Assembly: GCA_943788915.1 (NCBI GenBank)
Contig: CALSSD010000013.1
Coordinates: 124,001 to 188,000 of the forward strand
DNA length: 64,000 bases
From: an uncultured Acidimicrobiales bacterium
GTDB lineage: Bacteria > Actinomycetota > Acidimicrobiia > Acidimicrobiales > UBA10347
Reading direction: 5' to 3'
The position numbers and the translations under genes were made by a program. Below the pieces are notes generated by a model that did no database searches, was not told the DNA's origin, and was given only the letters and a program-made list of their open reading frames with translations. Positions within the stretch are counted from its first letter, which is position 1. Every line of letters starts with the position of its first letter. This document shows positions 31,240 to 42,181 of this stretch, piece after piece.

Positions 31240-32454
31240 ATGGACTTTGCACGCTCACCCCGGGCCGACGATCTCGTAGATCGACTTGGCGCCTTCATCG
31301 ACGACCGAGTCATGCCGGCGACAGACACGGCAACAGCCGAAAGAAACGCAGCGCCAAACACCCAACCTCCGACTATCGAGCGGCTGAAACAAGAAGCCAA
31401 GCACCTTGGTTTGTGGAACCTCTGTGTCCGCAATCCTGACTACGGACCGGGCCTGTCCTTCGTCGACTATGCACCGCTCGCCGAAATGATGGGTATCCAT
31501 CCTGTTGCCCAAGAAGCCACCAATTGTGATCCGCCATCGAATATCAATGGCGATGCCATGATCATCTACGGCTCAGAGGTGCAGAAGGAACGGTGGTTGG
31601 AACCCCAGCTCGATGGCCGAATCAAATCGGCTTTCGCTATGACTGAACCAGCAATTGCCTCGAGCGACGCCAGCAACATTGCAACCACCGCAGTCCTCGA
31701 CGGCGATGACTGGGTTCTCAATGGTCGCAAGTGGTACATCAGCGGGGTGCTGCACCCACAATGCAAGTACCTGATGACCGTGGCTAACACTGACCCAGCC
31801 GGCCCTCGCCACGCACGCCACACCCAGTTCATCGTGCCAATCGATGCTCCTGGCCTCACCATTGTGCGCAATCTGCCCAAGTTCGGCTACCTCGATCATG
31901 ACGGCCATGTCGAGTTAACACTTGAAGATGTTCGGCTGCCGGCCGAGAGCGTGTTGGGTCAGGTCGGCGGCGGGTTCGGCATCGGCCAGGCTCGGCTGGG
32001 ACCCGCTCGGGTGCAGCACTGCATGCGGATGATCGGCATCGCCGAAGAAGCCCTCCGGCTTATGTGCGAACGAGCGCCAACACGGACCACGTTCGGAGCC
32101 GCAGTGTCAACCCGCTCGAACGTAATGGATTGGGTCGCCGAGGCTCGTATCGATATCGAGGCTGCTCGGCTGCTGACGCTTCGAACTGCTTGGCTCATGG
32201 ATCACGAGGGTGACAAGGCAGCAGCTCCTCAGATGTCACTGATCAAGGTGCAAGTCATGCGCACCGCTACGACTGTGGTCGACCGAGCCATTCAAGTCTT
32301 CGGTGCCGCTGGCGTGTCCGACGACACTCCCCTGGCTCGTTGGTATGCGTCCATGCGGTCGCTCCGCATCGCCGACGGCCCCGACGAAGTCCACCTCATG
32401 GCCGTCGCCCGTCGCGAACTCCGGCGCCACGAACCCGAATCAGGCTCCCGTTAA
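31240..32454 (+). CDS. Acyl-CoA dehydrogenase family protein
   Basis: SAFAMTEP..ASSDA, NGRKWYISG, QARLGPAR, LRIADGPDEVH. Confidence 0.92.
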   Translation: MDFARSPRADDLVDRLGAFIDDRVMPATDTATAERNAAPNTQPPTIERLKQEAKHLGLWNLCVRNPDYGPGLSFVDYAPLAEMMGIHPVAQEATNCDPPSNINGDAMIIYGSEVQKERWLEPQLDGRIKSAFAMTEPAIASSDASNIATTAVLDGDDWVLNGRKWYISGVLHPQCKYLMTVANTDPAGPRHARHTQFIVPIDAPGLTIVRNLPKFGYLDHDGHVELTLEDVRLPAESVLGQVGGGFGIGQARLGPARVQHCMRMIGIAEEALRLMCERAPTRTTFGAAVSTRSNVMDWVAEARIDIEAARLLTLRTAWLMDHEGDKAAAPQMSLIKVQVMRTATTVVDRAIQVFGAAGVSDDTPLARWYASMRSLRIADGPDEVHLMAVARRELRRHEPESGSR

Positions 32455-32883
32455 TCTTGCGCCTTTGCGTACGCAGCTAACGTCGTAATCGCCGCCAAAG
32501 TTCGCATGCCGCGCCACGCACGGTGTGCGTCCTCGGTCGGTGGTTCCCATGCCACGGGCCAGCCCCCATCGTCTTGTTGAAGCGCCGCTAGTGCGGCGAG
32601 ATGCGCGTCGAGTAGCGCGTCGGGAAACCACGAGCGAGCGAGCGAGTTGGGCCGGGGCGCAAAGTCCAGTGGCGTGACCCCATACGAATCCGACGATGCG
32701 TCGTACTTCACAAACGAGGCAGTCTCGATCGCTGCAGCAACCACCGGAGCGAGCGGTGCCACCCGATCTTGGTCGGGTGCGTAGTCCAGGAACTTGGTCA
32801 CGGCCAGCAGCTCGTGGCCCTCCTCGGGCACATTCCCGGCTTCGATCTTGGTGAAACAATACTCGGTGGCCAGATCCAGCCAC
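32451..32883 (-). pseudogene. C-terminal half of a prenyltransferase/squalene-oxidase-repeat-like gene split by an insertion
   Basis: WLDLATEYCF...TPLDFAPRP...QQDDGGWPVAW. Joins in frame to the 34908..35370 half as ...GVMHP|WLDLATEY. Confidence 0.8.
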
Positions 32884-33039
32884 CGTACTCCACACATAGC
32901 GCCCCTCTATCGTGAACGGCCCAGACTTACGCTATAGCTCGATGACCACGGGCCGATCTCGTCGGTAGACACGCAGCGCTATTTCGTTCTCACGCTTTAC
33001 AGATCCTCGCACCATCCCTCGCCCCGGTGGCTTGAACCG

Positions 33040-33852
33040 CTAGCTCGGCGGGGAATAGTTAAACTTGTCGATCAACAGTCGATCGCGATGGCCAATCAAA
33101 TCAATCGACTCGCTGTCATAGTAATCAAGAATTGACAGGCTTCTCAGGGACGCGTTGCTCCTTTTTGCGTCGAGTATGAGCTTCTTTTCTTCCATCGTAA
33201 GCTGCCGGATTTTTTCGATCGCGCTACAAAGATCGGTTTCTAGCGATTCTTGTCGAACAAAGAAATCGATGTAGCAGTTCGTGCGTTCAAAGCGAACGAG
33301 ATCAGAGTAATTCCCAATCACTCTGGCGTCATTCAAATGTTTAGCGTTTTGGCAGCACAAATAGAGATACCTATAGGTCATAAAGCCACAGAATCCCGTA
33401 ATCGTCGTGTTGCCATATCCTTCGCCCAACTGATTGGCACGTCTGGGATCGTGTAACAACTTGAGCCACTTACGGAATGACTCGACGCTGTCGGTGCTGT
33501 CGTAAACGTCTTCCCATAATCCGATGCCCTTGAACAATTCACGGACCACACTCGACAAACCACTTAGCGGATCTCTGGCTGCCGACTTGAGTGCACGCGA
33601 ATATTGCCTGTTGGTGAGTCGACCCCTGAGGCCGCCATTGCCTGCAACGCCAAATGTCCAGAGCGACAGATACCAGTCCCAGGGATTGCGGATCGATGAT
33701 ACAAAATATTGATCTGACGCTATCTGATCCGGTTTTGCCGCATTGTGCTTTCCTATCCGTTCGCCATCGAACAACTCAGATAACAGCGATGCAATATGGG
33801 TGCACCCAGTTTTTTGCATTTGAATGTAGGTGAGCTGATCACATCGAAACAT
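33040..33852 (-). CDS. Sulfotransferase-like protein (islet cargo)
   Basis: QMQKTGCT (5'-PSB-like), SIRNPWDWYLSLW (3'-PB-like), C-terminal YYD...D..LIDKFNY. AT-richer than the flanks. Confidence 0.6.
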   Translation of the reverse strand: MFRCDQLTYIQMQKTGCTHIASLLSELFDGERIGKHNAAKPDQIASDQYFVSSIRNPWDWYLSLWTFGVAGNGGLRGRLTNRQYSRALKSAARDPLSGLSSVVRELFKGIGLWEDVYDSTDSVESFRKWLKLLHDPRRANQLGEGYGNTTITGFCGFMTYRYLYLCCQNAKHLNDARVIGNYSDLVRFERTNCYIDFFVRQESLETDLCSAIEKIRQLTMEEKKLILDAKRSNASLRSLSILDYYDSESIDLIGHRDRLLIDKFNYSPPS

Positions 33853-33879
33853 CGTTAATCACTTGTGAAGAAGACCCGC

Positions 33880-34388
33880 CGATGGATCGGTTGGTGATGT
33901 CGAGCAGTGACTCGCGGGTGTGTTCGTCGACCATTGACGCGATCTTGAACGCCTTGCCGTCTGCGGTTGAGTCGAATTGGAGGTCGATGGCCCACACGAT
34001 GTTCGGTGCCGTTGCGTCGATGATGGGGCCGGTGGGCTGACCGACGCGTTTGCGTCGTTGTCGCCGGGCGACCTGCAGGCCTTCGCTGCGCCAGAGCCGA
34101 TGTACTCGCTTCGTGTTGATGTGGTGGCCTTCAGCTCGTAGGTCAGCCCACGCGCGCCGATAACCCTTTTTCGCGTTGCCTTGGGTGTTGGCCCAATTGT
34201 TGAGCCATTCGCGTAGCCAACGATCCGGGTCATCTGGCCGGTCGCATCTTGGTGTGCGTTGTTGGGTGCTTCGGGCTTGGCCCGTGACCCGACAAGCCGC
34301 GCGCTCGCTCATGCCCATACGTTCTTGGAGCATGAGCACCGCGCGTCTGCGGCTCGGCGGGTCTACCAATTTCCCTTCGCGATCTGCC
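33880..34388 (-). pseudogene. IS3-family transposase remnant (end of orfA and 5' half of orfB)
   Basis: AAGGGAAATTGGTAG orfA/orfB junction; SERAACR, GYRR, INTKRVHRLWRSEGL, PNIVWAIDLQFD, VDEHTRE, then truncated before the DDE triad is complete. Confidence 0.85.
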
Positions 34389-34446
34389 ACAACACACCGC
34401 CACTCATTGTCGCACCAGACACCGATGTCTCGGTTCAATCCCCAGA

Positions 34447-34818
34447 TCAATAAATAGCGAGCAGCTCCGCAATCACAATCAGACTAGTTACCGCAACATT
34501 TACTATGCGGAACACGACGATTGGCGCCTTTTCCATCCGCTTACCCATGGCGGACTCGGCGAAGCCGGTGATGTCACTTGACGCCGCCATCAAATCCTGC
34601 ATTGCATCATCTAAAAAGGCAATGCACCAGAGTGAGCCGAGGACGATCCAAGTCGCAAGTGCAAGTTGGACTCCAGAGTCCTCAAGGCCAGCGCCACCTA
34701 GTCCCAAGACCAGTGCGAGTCCGACGTGGGAAATGGTGAAAGACATCACGATCATGCGGGCGTCCGCTGCACGCATTTTCATCAATTCAATTGGAGTGCT
34801 CGTTTCCACTTCTATCAT
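34447..34818 (-). CDS. Hypothetical membrane protein (islet cargo)
   Basis: 123 aa, three hydrophobic segments, AAGGA RBS-like sequence upstream. Confidence 0.55.
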   Translation of the reverse strand: MIEVETSTPIELMKMRAADARMIVMSFTISHVGLALVLGLGGAGLEDSGVQLALATWIVLGSLWCIAFLDDAMQDLMAASSDITGFAESAMGKRMEKAPIVVFRIVNVAVTSLIVIAELLAIY

Positions 34819-34907
34819 TCCTTCGTTTAAAGATCAACTGGGCTTAAACGTCTTAACACACGATGCTCCGATGACAGGCGATACTGGTCGAGAGTGACCG
34901 GCTAGTG

Positions 34908-35370
34908 ACGGGTGCATCACACCTATCGCATGGGCATGGCCGGCAATCGCTGCCGTTGGGTTCAGTGCTGGCAGATAGGCCGCTGCATTCCAGTGAGCAG
35001 CCCGAGGGTGTCTGTTCGAGTTGGGCATCAGTATGGGTACTGCACCTCGATCGTCGGCAATCGTGGCCAGCCAGTCACACGCCGGTGCAAGAACTTCAGG
35101 TGCCAAGGCGCCAGCAGTGGCCATCCGTTCGAAGGCGATCTCCACGTCGAGTGCCTGGCTATCCGGTACCTGCTTGTCCGGTTCAAGCCCATGGCCGAAG
35201 CCGCCGTCGTCGTTGCGATATGGCAGAAGACTGTCAACCACCGCTGATGGGTCACCGTTTCCGAACAACACTGCATGGACGGCTTGTTCAACCGGGCGAG
35301 CATGTTCGCGAATGAAGGTGTGGGCGGCGTCCGAGTCAAAGGCAGAAGGGTCAGTCAAGGGTTTCTCCAT
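34908..35370 (-). pseudogene. N-terminal half of the split prenyltransferase-repeat-like gene
   Basis: AHTFIREHARPVE...YRNDDGGFGHGLEPD...PRAAHW...LNPTAAIAG..GVMHP, then diverges into the insert. Confidence 0.8.
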
Positions 35371-35489
35371 CCATCGCCGGTGAGGACTTTAGGCAACCAG
35401 CTGACTGACCCAAAACCTATGCTGGCCGCAATTCCGCCGCTCGGCATCGTAGGTAAGGCACCATAGTTGTCCGTCACGAGGAGCCCCCC

Positions 35490-37724
35490 ATGTCCCACGC
35501 CCTGTATCGCCTCGGCCGATTTGCCGCCGAGAAGCCGTGGACCGTCATCGGTGCGTGGGTGGCACTTGCTGCTCTGGTTATTGGTATGTCCGCCGGTTTC
35601 GGCCGCGAGCTTGAAGACTCGTTCGCAGTTCCGGGTCTCGACTCACAACAAGCAATCGAGCTGCTGAGCGAAGCACAATCTGATCGCGCCGGATTGACTG
35701 CCCAAATTGTGGTCACACCGCTCGACCCAACGACAACCTTCTTCGAGTCAGCCTCTGCCCAAGCCGAACTGGCCGAGATTCAGGCCGGTGCAGCGGCACT
35801 CGAGCACGTACTGTTCACCACCGATCCAGCAGCTGCACTTGCCGCCGATCCAGCGAGCGCGGCCCAGAGCGGTGGCGTCTCGGCGGATGGTCGGGTTGCA
35901 CTCATCCGGGTGCAGTACCCCGTGATCGAAGAGCTGAGTGCCTCCGATCTTGAAGCACTCAAAGAGTTCAGGCTCGAAATAGGCGCAGATTCACCGCTCC
36001 AGGTCGAGATGGGTGGTGATCTGTTCTCGTCATTCCAAGAACCCGAAACTGGTATCGGTGAAATGATCGGCCTGGTGGCAGCGGTAATCATCCTGCTCGT
36101 CGCGTTTGGTTCCGTGATCGCCATGGGTCTACCGATCGGCATGGCGCTGTTTGGGCTGGCACTTGGCATTAGCAGCATGTCGTTGATCAACTATCTCGTC
36201 GATATTCCAAGCTGGGCACCACAAATGGCCAGCATGATTGGCCTGGGTGTCGGGATCGATTACGCACTGTTTCTGGTCACTCGCCACCGCGAGTTCCTTG
36301 GTCAAGGCATGACGGTTGCTGAATCGGTCGGCCGTTCCGCTGCGACTGCAGGTCAAGCCGTGATCTTCGCCGGGGGCACCGTCGTGATCGCGATTCTCGG
36401 CCTAGCCGTTTCTGGTGTGCCGTTTATGACCGCTGCCGGTATCGCAACATCGGTCGTGGTGTTAATCATGGTCGCTGCGTCGATTACCTTGCTGCCTGCC
36501 TTCCTCGGGCTTGCCGGACACCGGGTCAACGGTCGGACCTCTAAACGTGTTCGCATGGCCGCCAAGGCCGACGCCGCTGCAGCAACCGATCATGTGACCC
36601 CGGGCTGGGAACGTTGGGGTTCGCACGTTGCCAACAACGCCTGGCCATATGCCATCGGCGTGACGGTGTTGCTGCTGGCCCTCACCGCGCCGGTATTGTC
36701 GCTGCAGCTTGGTTTCCCTGACGAAGGCACACTTCCCGATACTCGCACCGAACGGCGTGGCTACGACCTGGTTGCCGAGAGTTTTGGGCCGGGCGTAAAT
36801 GGTCCTCTGGTGATCGCCATTGACACCTCGCAAGATGCCAGCCAGGTGCAGAACCTAAGCACACAGGTCCTGGCTGACCCCGGCATCGCTGCGGTATTGC
36901 CTGCCGACATCAACACTGAAGCTGGTGTTGCGACCATCGTCGCCTTCCCGAACACGGCACCCCAGGATGACGCCACGTTGGACACCGTCCAACGCATCCG
37001 CAGCGAGATCATCCCTCCGCTGTTCGACAGCAGTCCGGCCCGAGCTCATGTAGGTGGTGCCACCGCGGGGTTCGCTGACATCGGTGATCGTGTGAATGAC
37101 CGACTGCCGTTGTTTATTGCTGCGGTGATCGTGTTGTCGTTCTTGCTGCTGATGTTTGTGTTCCGGTCGATTCTTGTGCCGCTCAAGGCGGCACTGCTGA
37201 ACCTGCTGAGTATCGGCGCGGCCTACGGCGTGTTGGTGATGGTGTTCCAGTGGGGCTGGGGTGCTGGTCTGATAGGTCTGGAGTCCACGGTTCCGATCGT
37301 CTCGTTCATACCGATGTTCATGTTCGCCATCTTGTTCGGCCTATCGATGGACTACGAGGTTTTCCTTCTCAGCCGGGTCCGTGAGGAGTACCTCGTTACT
37401 GGCGACAACGACTCCTCGGTCATCCATGGCATTGCCAGCACAGCGCGGGTGATCACCTCGGCAGCGCTGATCATGATCTCGGTCTTTCTAGGTTTCGTGC
37501 TGGGCGACGACCCGACCATCAAGATGATGGGTCTTGGGCTGGCGACGGCGATCTTCGTCGATGCCACCATCGTGCGAGTGGTACTTGTGCCGGCAACCAT
37601 GAAACTCATGGGCGATGCCAACTGGTGGATACCGGGCTGGCTCGACAGGATTCTGCCAACCATCGATATCGAAGGTGAAGGCGGCCTGCCTGAGCCTGAG
37701 ATGGAAACCTCTGCCACCCGCTAA
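35490..37724 (+). CDS. MMPL family RND transporter
   Basis: GLGVGIDYALFLVTRHRE, FGLSMDYEVFLLSRVRE, VITSAALIM, DATIVRVVLVPA, ANWW. Confidence 0.95.
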   Translation: MSHALYRLGRFAAEKPWTVIGAWVALAALVIGMSAGFGRELEDSFAVPGLDSQQAIELLSEAQSDRAGLTAQIVVTPLDPTTTFFESASAQAELAEIQAGAAALEHVLFTTDPAAALAADPASAAQSGGVSADGRVALIRVQYPVIEELSASDLEALKEFRLEIGADSPLQVEMGGDLFSSFQEPETGIGEMIGLVAAVIILLVAFGSVIAMGLPIGMALFGLALGISSMSLINYLVDIPSWAPQMASMIGLGVGIDYALFLVTRHREFLGQGMTVAESVGRSAATAGQAVIFAGGTVVIAILGLAVSGVPFMTAAGIATSVVVLIMVAASITLLPAFLGLAGHRVNGRTSKRVRMAAKADAAAATDHVTPGWERWGSHVANNAWPYAIGVTVLLLALTAPVLSLQLGFPDEGTLPDTRTERRGYDLVAESFGPGVNGPLVIAIDTSQDASQVQNLSTQVLADPGIAAVLPADINTEAGVATIVAFPNTAPQDDATLDTVQRIRSEIIPPLFDSSPARAHVGGATAGFADIGDRVNDRLPLFIAAVIVLSFLLLMFVFRSILVPLKAALLNLLSIGAAYGVLVMVFQWGWGAGLIGLESTVPIVSFIPMFMFAILFGLSMDYEVFLLSRVREEYLVTGDNDSSVIHGIASTARVITSAALIMISVFLGFVLGDDPTIKMMGLGLATAIFVDATIVRVVLVPATMKLMGDANWWIPGWLDRILPTIDIEGEGGLPEPEMETSATR

Positions 37725-37768
37725 CGACATCGGCCAGTTCCACGTCATTCATTCGGGCGGTCGTCGCT

Positions 37769-39526
37769 CTATCGCCTGCGGATGAGCCGACCCGGTCGTT
37801 CGCCGGTGTCGGTGTCATGGGCTCGGGTCTGGACGCCGTTCACGAACGTGGCCAGGTAACCCGATACCGGCTGCAGAAATCGCACACCGTTGGCGGGTAG
37901 ATCAGCGTGGGTTTCCGGTCGGCGGACCTGCAGATTGGCGAAGTCGATCACATTCACATCTGCTCGCATGCCCACTTCGAGCGTGCCTCGATCTTCGAGG
38001 CCATAGAGGCGGGCGTTACGGCGTGTCTGTTTCTCGACCAGAAACTCGACTGGGATCTGCTCGCCCCGAGTCCGGTCTCGTGCCCAATGGGTGATTTGAG
38101 TGCTGGGCATCGACCCGTCACAGATCAACTTCACGTGTGCACCAGCATCGCCGAGGCCGGTGACCGTCTCAGGATGCACCAGCATCTCCCGGATCGCGTC
38201 CAGATTTTGGTCTACGAAGCCGGCACCAAGCATGGTGGCTACGTTTGTACCGTCACCAGCACACAAGAAGTCATACGCAGCTTCGAGCGGTGTCTGTCCC
38301 TGGGCCGCCGCTATCTCAAGGAACGACTGGTCCGATGTTGGTTCGTAATCGACGATCGGCGCAAGCAGGTACATCCCCGGTACGCGCATCTGTAGCGCTT
38401 CGTACAACGCCTCCATCGATCCGGGGTTCTCTGGAGGAACATCGTCGTCGCCCAAGATCCGAGCCCGGAGCTGTGGATCCCGCATGGCCTTGGCTCGTTC
38501 GGCAACCGGCAGATGGGCAATCTCCAAGTAACTACGGCGCCGCATGAACGCGTGATATCCCTCGAGACTCGACAGCAGGCCAATAGGCCGAGACGCCACC
38601 TGGGGGTAGAGCTTGGTACCGGTTGCGTTGTGGTCGGACACGAAGTCGAGCACCTGGCGCCAGTCATGGGGACGATCGCGGTTCTGCACCGTGGTGAAGG
38701 TGATCTTCTGCCCCGTTGCTCGTGAGATATCTGCAAGTAGCTCGAGTTCGTGGAGTTGTGAGAACCGTTCGCCGCCCAGCATCTCTAGGTCACCGATCGA
38801 TTCCGATGTAATGGCCTCGAACACTGCGCCACCGCCGTCGGCCATGCCGTGGGCTAGTGCATGCAGTTCGTTTGCGGTTGCATAGGTGCCCGGCACTGCG
38901 CTGCCGTCGAGCGACCGGTGAAAGATGGTCCGTGACGTAGAGAAGCCAATCGCTCCCGCAGCCACGGCTTCGGCGGTGAGCTTGCGCATAGCGGCAATGT
39001 CTTCCTCGGTAGCGTCCTCGTTACGGACACCTCGATCACGCATGACGTGAAAGCGAAGCGCTCCATGAGCAAGCTGCGCTCCGATGTCGAGGGAATACGA
39101 ACGCTGGCCCAGGAAGTCGAGATACTCGGGGAAACTTTCCCATGCACCCCACGGCACACCCTCGTGTAACGCCGCGCCGGGGATGTCTTCGACACCTTCC
39201 ATCAACTCGATCAGCGTTTGCTGTTCACCTGGCGGGCACGGCGCGAATCCGACACCGCAATTGCCCATAACGAGCGATGTCACCCCGTTGCTGAACGACG
39301 GGTCAAGTTCGCTGTCCCACGCGGCTTGGCCGTCGTAATGGGTATGTACATCTACCCAGCCGGGCGTGACCATCGCGCCATCGGCATCGATGACTCGGTC
39401 GCCATGGAGACCAGGGCCAACCGCACTAATCACGCCGTTGTGAATCGCGACGTCAGCGGTTCGGGGCGCAGCACCGGTGCCGTCTACGACCTCGCCGCCC
39501 TTGATAACTAGGTCGTGTTGAGCCAT
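37769..39526 (-). CDS. N-acyl-D-amino-acid deacylase family amidohydrolase
   Basis: VVDGTG, PGWVDVHTHYD, MGNCGVGFAP, DAGAHV, ADVNVID. Confidence 0.9.
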   Translation of the reverse strand: MAQHDLVIKGGEVVDGTGAAPRTADVAIHNGVISAVGPGLHGDRVIDADGAMVTPGWVDVHTHYDGQAAWDSELDPSFSNGVTSLVMGNCGVGFAPCPPGEQQTLIELMEGVEDIPGAALHEGVPWGAWESFPEYLDFLGQRSYSLDIGAQLAHGALRFHVMRDRGVRNEDATEEDIAAMRKLTAEAVAAGAIGFSTSRTIFHRSLDGSAVPGTYATANELHALAHGMADGGGAVFEAITSESIGDLEMLGGERFSQLHELELLADISRATGQKITFTTVQNRDRPHDWRQVLDFVSDHNATGTKLYPQVASRPIGLLSSLEGYHAFMRRRSYLEIAHLPVAERAKAMRDPQLRARILGDDDVPPENPGSMEALYEALQMRVPGMYLLAPIVDYEPTSDQSFLEIAAAQGQTPLEAAYDFLCAGDGTNVATMLGAGFVDQNLDAIREMLVHPETVTGLGDAGAHVKLICDGSMPSTQITHWARDRTRGEQIPVEFLVEKQTRRNARLYGLEDRGTLEVGMRADVNVIDFANLQVRRPETHADLPANGVRFLQPVSGYLATFVNGVQTRAHDTDTGERPGRLIRRR

Positions 39527-39618
39527 GAACCGACAGTAGTCGGCCCAGCTCGAACAGGGCGCAGCTGGCCTCGAGCCCAATAGGGCGGCTAGGCGGACGC
39601 CCAGTCCTCGTTGGCGTC

Positions 39619-41043
39619 TCAGCCGTCAGGGGCCAGTTGTTGTCGTGGATAGAAGGCGAAGATCGTCACCGCTCCGAGGGCTGTCGATACGAAGAAGAAC
39701 AGGAAGACTCGGTCAAACGCTGCCACGATGTCGGGCCGGTCAGCCGAACCAACAAACGCGACAGCTGCAGCCACACCAATGGCACCAGCCACGTTACGTA
39801 ACATGTTGAACGCCGCATTCATCGAACCCCAGGTCGACTCGGGGACGGATTCGAGTGCATAACTGTTCATCGTCGGCGACGAAAATCCCCAGCCGAAGCC
39901 GAACGACAAGATGCCAGGCAGAAACGACGTCACGTAACTGCCGTCTTGGTCCAACACCAGCCAACACCAGCCGACCGAGAACACCATGATCAGGCTCCCG
40001 ATATGAATCGGCCATTTGTGACCAACCCGGTCAGCGACCCGCCCGCCAGCCAGCGTCATTGTTGCCGCGGCTATTGGTCCGGCGGTCAATGCAAGCCCAA
40101 TCTGCAGATTGGAGTACCCCCAGATTCGCTTCAGGTACAGCGGCCACACCAGCCAGATGGCCAGGCTGGAGACCGAGATCAAAGTGTTTGCTGCATTCGC
40201 CATCCACACCTCGCGTTTGCGGAATAGAGCCAGATCGATAAGCGGGTGTGGATGACGTTTCGACTGTGCCAGGAAAGCCATGATCGCCGCTGCAGCGACC
40301 ACAAAGGAGCCAACGGTCAGTGCGCTGGTCCAGCCCCAGTCCTTGCCTTTCCCGACACCAAAAACCACGAGAGCGATACCAGCGGTGCCTAAAATCGCAC
40401 CGACAATGTCAAGCTTGCCGGTTGCGTCTGGCGCGGTAACTTCGTTCAGCCGACGACGCCCGACCAGCCACACAACCAGGGCCACGGGTGCGCTGAGAAA
40501 GTACAACCATCGCCAACTGCTGAATTGCAGAATCGACGCTGATGCACTTGGGGCCACCGCGGCAGAGAGCGGTCCCGCTGCGGCCCATGCTGCAACCGCG
40601 GTGGAACGGCGGGTCGCGGGGAACAGCGGGAGCACCATGGAGAGCGACGCTGGAATGACCAGCGCTCCTGCAATGGCTTGCAGCACTCGAGCAGCGATCA
40701 ACACCCACACGTTGGGAGCTAATGCTGACAGCACGGACGAGACAGCGAACAACATCACGCCAAGCTGGAACATCTTGACCCGGCCCTGGCGGTCAGCAAT
40801 ACGACCGCCAAGCGGCAGGAACGCTGCTGTCCCGATCAAATACCCCGAAGAAACGAACGCAGTCGTTGTTTCCGCGACCGCGGGAAACGAGGCCGTGATG
40901 TCATCGAACGCAATATTGGTGGCCGTCGAATTGAACCCGACGAGCACGTACCCAGCGGCACCTACCGCCAAGGCCTTCCAGGCTTCGGGTGCAATTGCTA
41001 CAGGCTCCGTGGTGCCCTCATCGCTACTCGTATTGTTTGCCAC
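39619..41043 (-). CDS. MFS transporter (14-TM DHA2-like)
   Basis: GGRIADRQGR, LIAARVLQAIAGA, WRWLYF, PLIDLALF. Confidence 0.9.
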   Translation of the reverse strand: MANNTSSDEGTTEPVAIAPEAWKALAVGAAGYVLVGFNSTATNIAFDDITASFPAVAETTTAFVSSGYLIGTAAFLPLGGRIADRQGRVKMFQLGVMLFAVSSVLSALAPNVWVLIAARVLQAIAGALVIPASLSMVLPLFPATRRSTAVAAWAAAGPLSAAVAPSASASILQFSSWRWLYFLSAPVALVVWLVGRRRLNEVTAPDATGKLDIVGAILGTAGIALVVFGVGKGKDWGWTSALTVGSFVVAAAAIMAFLAQSKRHPHPLIDLALFRKREVWMANAANTLISVSSLAIWLVWPLYLKRIWGYSNLQIGLALTAGPIAAATMTLAGGRVADRVGHKWPIHIGSLIMVFSVGWCWLVLDQDGSYVTSFLPGILSFGFGWGFSSPTMNSYALESVPESTWGSMNAAFNMLRNVAGAIGVAAAVAFVGSADRPDIVAAFDRVFLFFFVSTALGAVTIFAFYPRQQLAPDG

Positions 41044-41470
41044 TAACCAAACGCTCGCATCACCGGTGATGTGTACCAAATCGATACACCGAATACGCCT
41101 AACAGATAGATCGTGTCGTTTTGTGCACACGACTATTCATGTGGTGGCCCGACCCCAGGTGCCAGGTCATCTACCCGACCGAACACACGACCGAGGGCGC
41201 GCTCAATAGCTTCACAGCAGCACCGCGGGTGAGCCTTTCCTCACGATTGCTTGAGGCCATGGTCGAGGCCTTGACTAGCGTCGGCTGGAAACCAATCCCA
41301 GATCGAACAGTGGTATCTGAACCGACGAGACGTCAACTCTGAGACGTCAAACCAAACGAGACAACCCGCGGTGGCGAAAGCGCGTGCCACCACATCCGAA
41401 GCTGACGCCGTGTCAACATCGTTTCGTCACCGTTCTCGGGGCGCCACCGATTAAAGCCGCCGACGTCGAC

Positions 41471-42181
41471 TCAGATCGACACATCGTCGTCGGGCATCGG
41501 TCCATAGGTGTTCCATGCGCCATCAAGCAGCGCAGTGGGGTCGCCGTCCCAGTCGAGCGCTGCTACCTGTCGTCGGCTGCGACGGCCAGTGACCGAGCGC
41601 AAGAAGTCATACGACGAACACCGCAAACCAATTGTTGACGTTGCGCCTTCGGGCTCGGCATACCTATCACCGTCGGTCAGCGTTAGGGCGATACCCAGTT
41701 GCATCTGATCCATGGCTCGTTCCTGTAACGACGGTGCGTATCGATCGGCTGCCGCCCTCGTAGCCATATCCCCTTGGTCAACCTTGAGCCCGAGCGCATG
41801 CTGGACATCATGGATATGAATGATCAGATCGCCGGTAATACGCACACCGAAGAACGGGTTGCCTGCCACCATCTCATCGACCCGCTCGCTGTACCCCTCC
41901 CATTCGTCGCAGATTGTCGCAACCGAGAGACCCGCTCGTTTGTCTACTTGGGCTGCGGTCCACGCGTCGGTGCCCAGCCCGTCGACGTTGCCGTGTAGAA
42001 CATCGTCCACGATGCCGCAGACATGTGCGGCCACATCGACCAGTCGCCAGGCAGGGTTCAGAGGTACCGGAGCGCCAGCCTCTGCCTCGCTGAGCGACCG
42101 AAAGATGTCGATGGCTTTTGAACGAGCGTCGGCATACAAAGCGGCGGGATCTGCGATTTCCATATCGCTAGTCTTGTGCAT
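41471..42181 (-). CDS. Maleylpyruvate isomerase family mycothiol-dependent enzyme (MDMPI/DinB-like)
   Basis: VPLNPAWRLVDVAAH, WTAAQV, DLIIHIHDV, RSVTGRRS. Confidence 0.8.
   Translation of the reverse strand: MHKTSDMEIADPAALYADARSKAIDIFRSLSEAEAGAPVPLNPAWRLVDVAAHVCGIVDDVLHGNVDGLGTDAWTAAQVDKRAGLSVATICDEWEGYSERVDEMVAGNPFFGVRITGDLIIHIHDVQHALGLKVDQGDMATRAAADRYAPSLQERAMDQMQLGIALTLTDGDRYAEPEGATSTIGLRCSSYDFLRSVTGRRSRRQVAALDWDGDPTALLDGAWNTYGPMPDDDVSI

Larger units (their letters stand above)
32884..34909. mobile_element. 2.0 kb inserted islet bounded by a repeated AC dinucleotide
   Basis: Removing 32884..34909 restores ATG CAC CCG TGG CTG on the minus strand. The cargo is visibly more AT-rich and includes an IS3 remnant. 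Confidence 0.75.
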
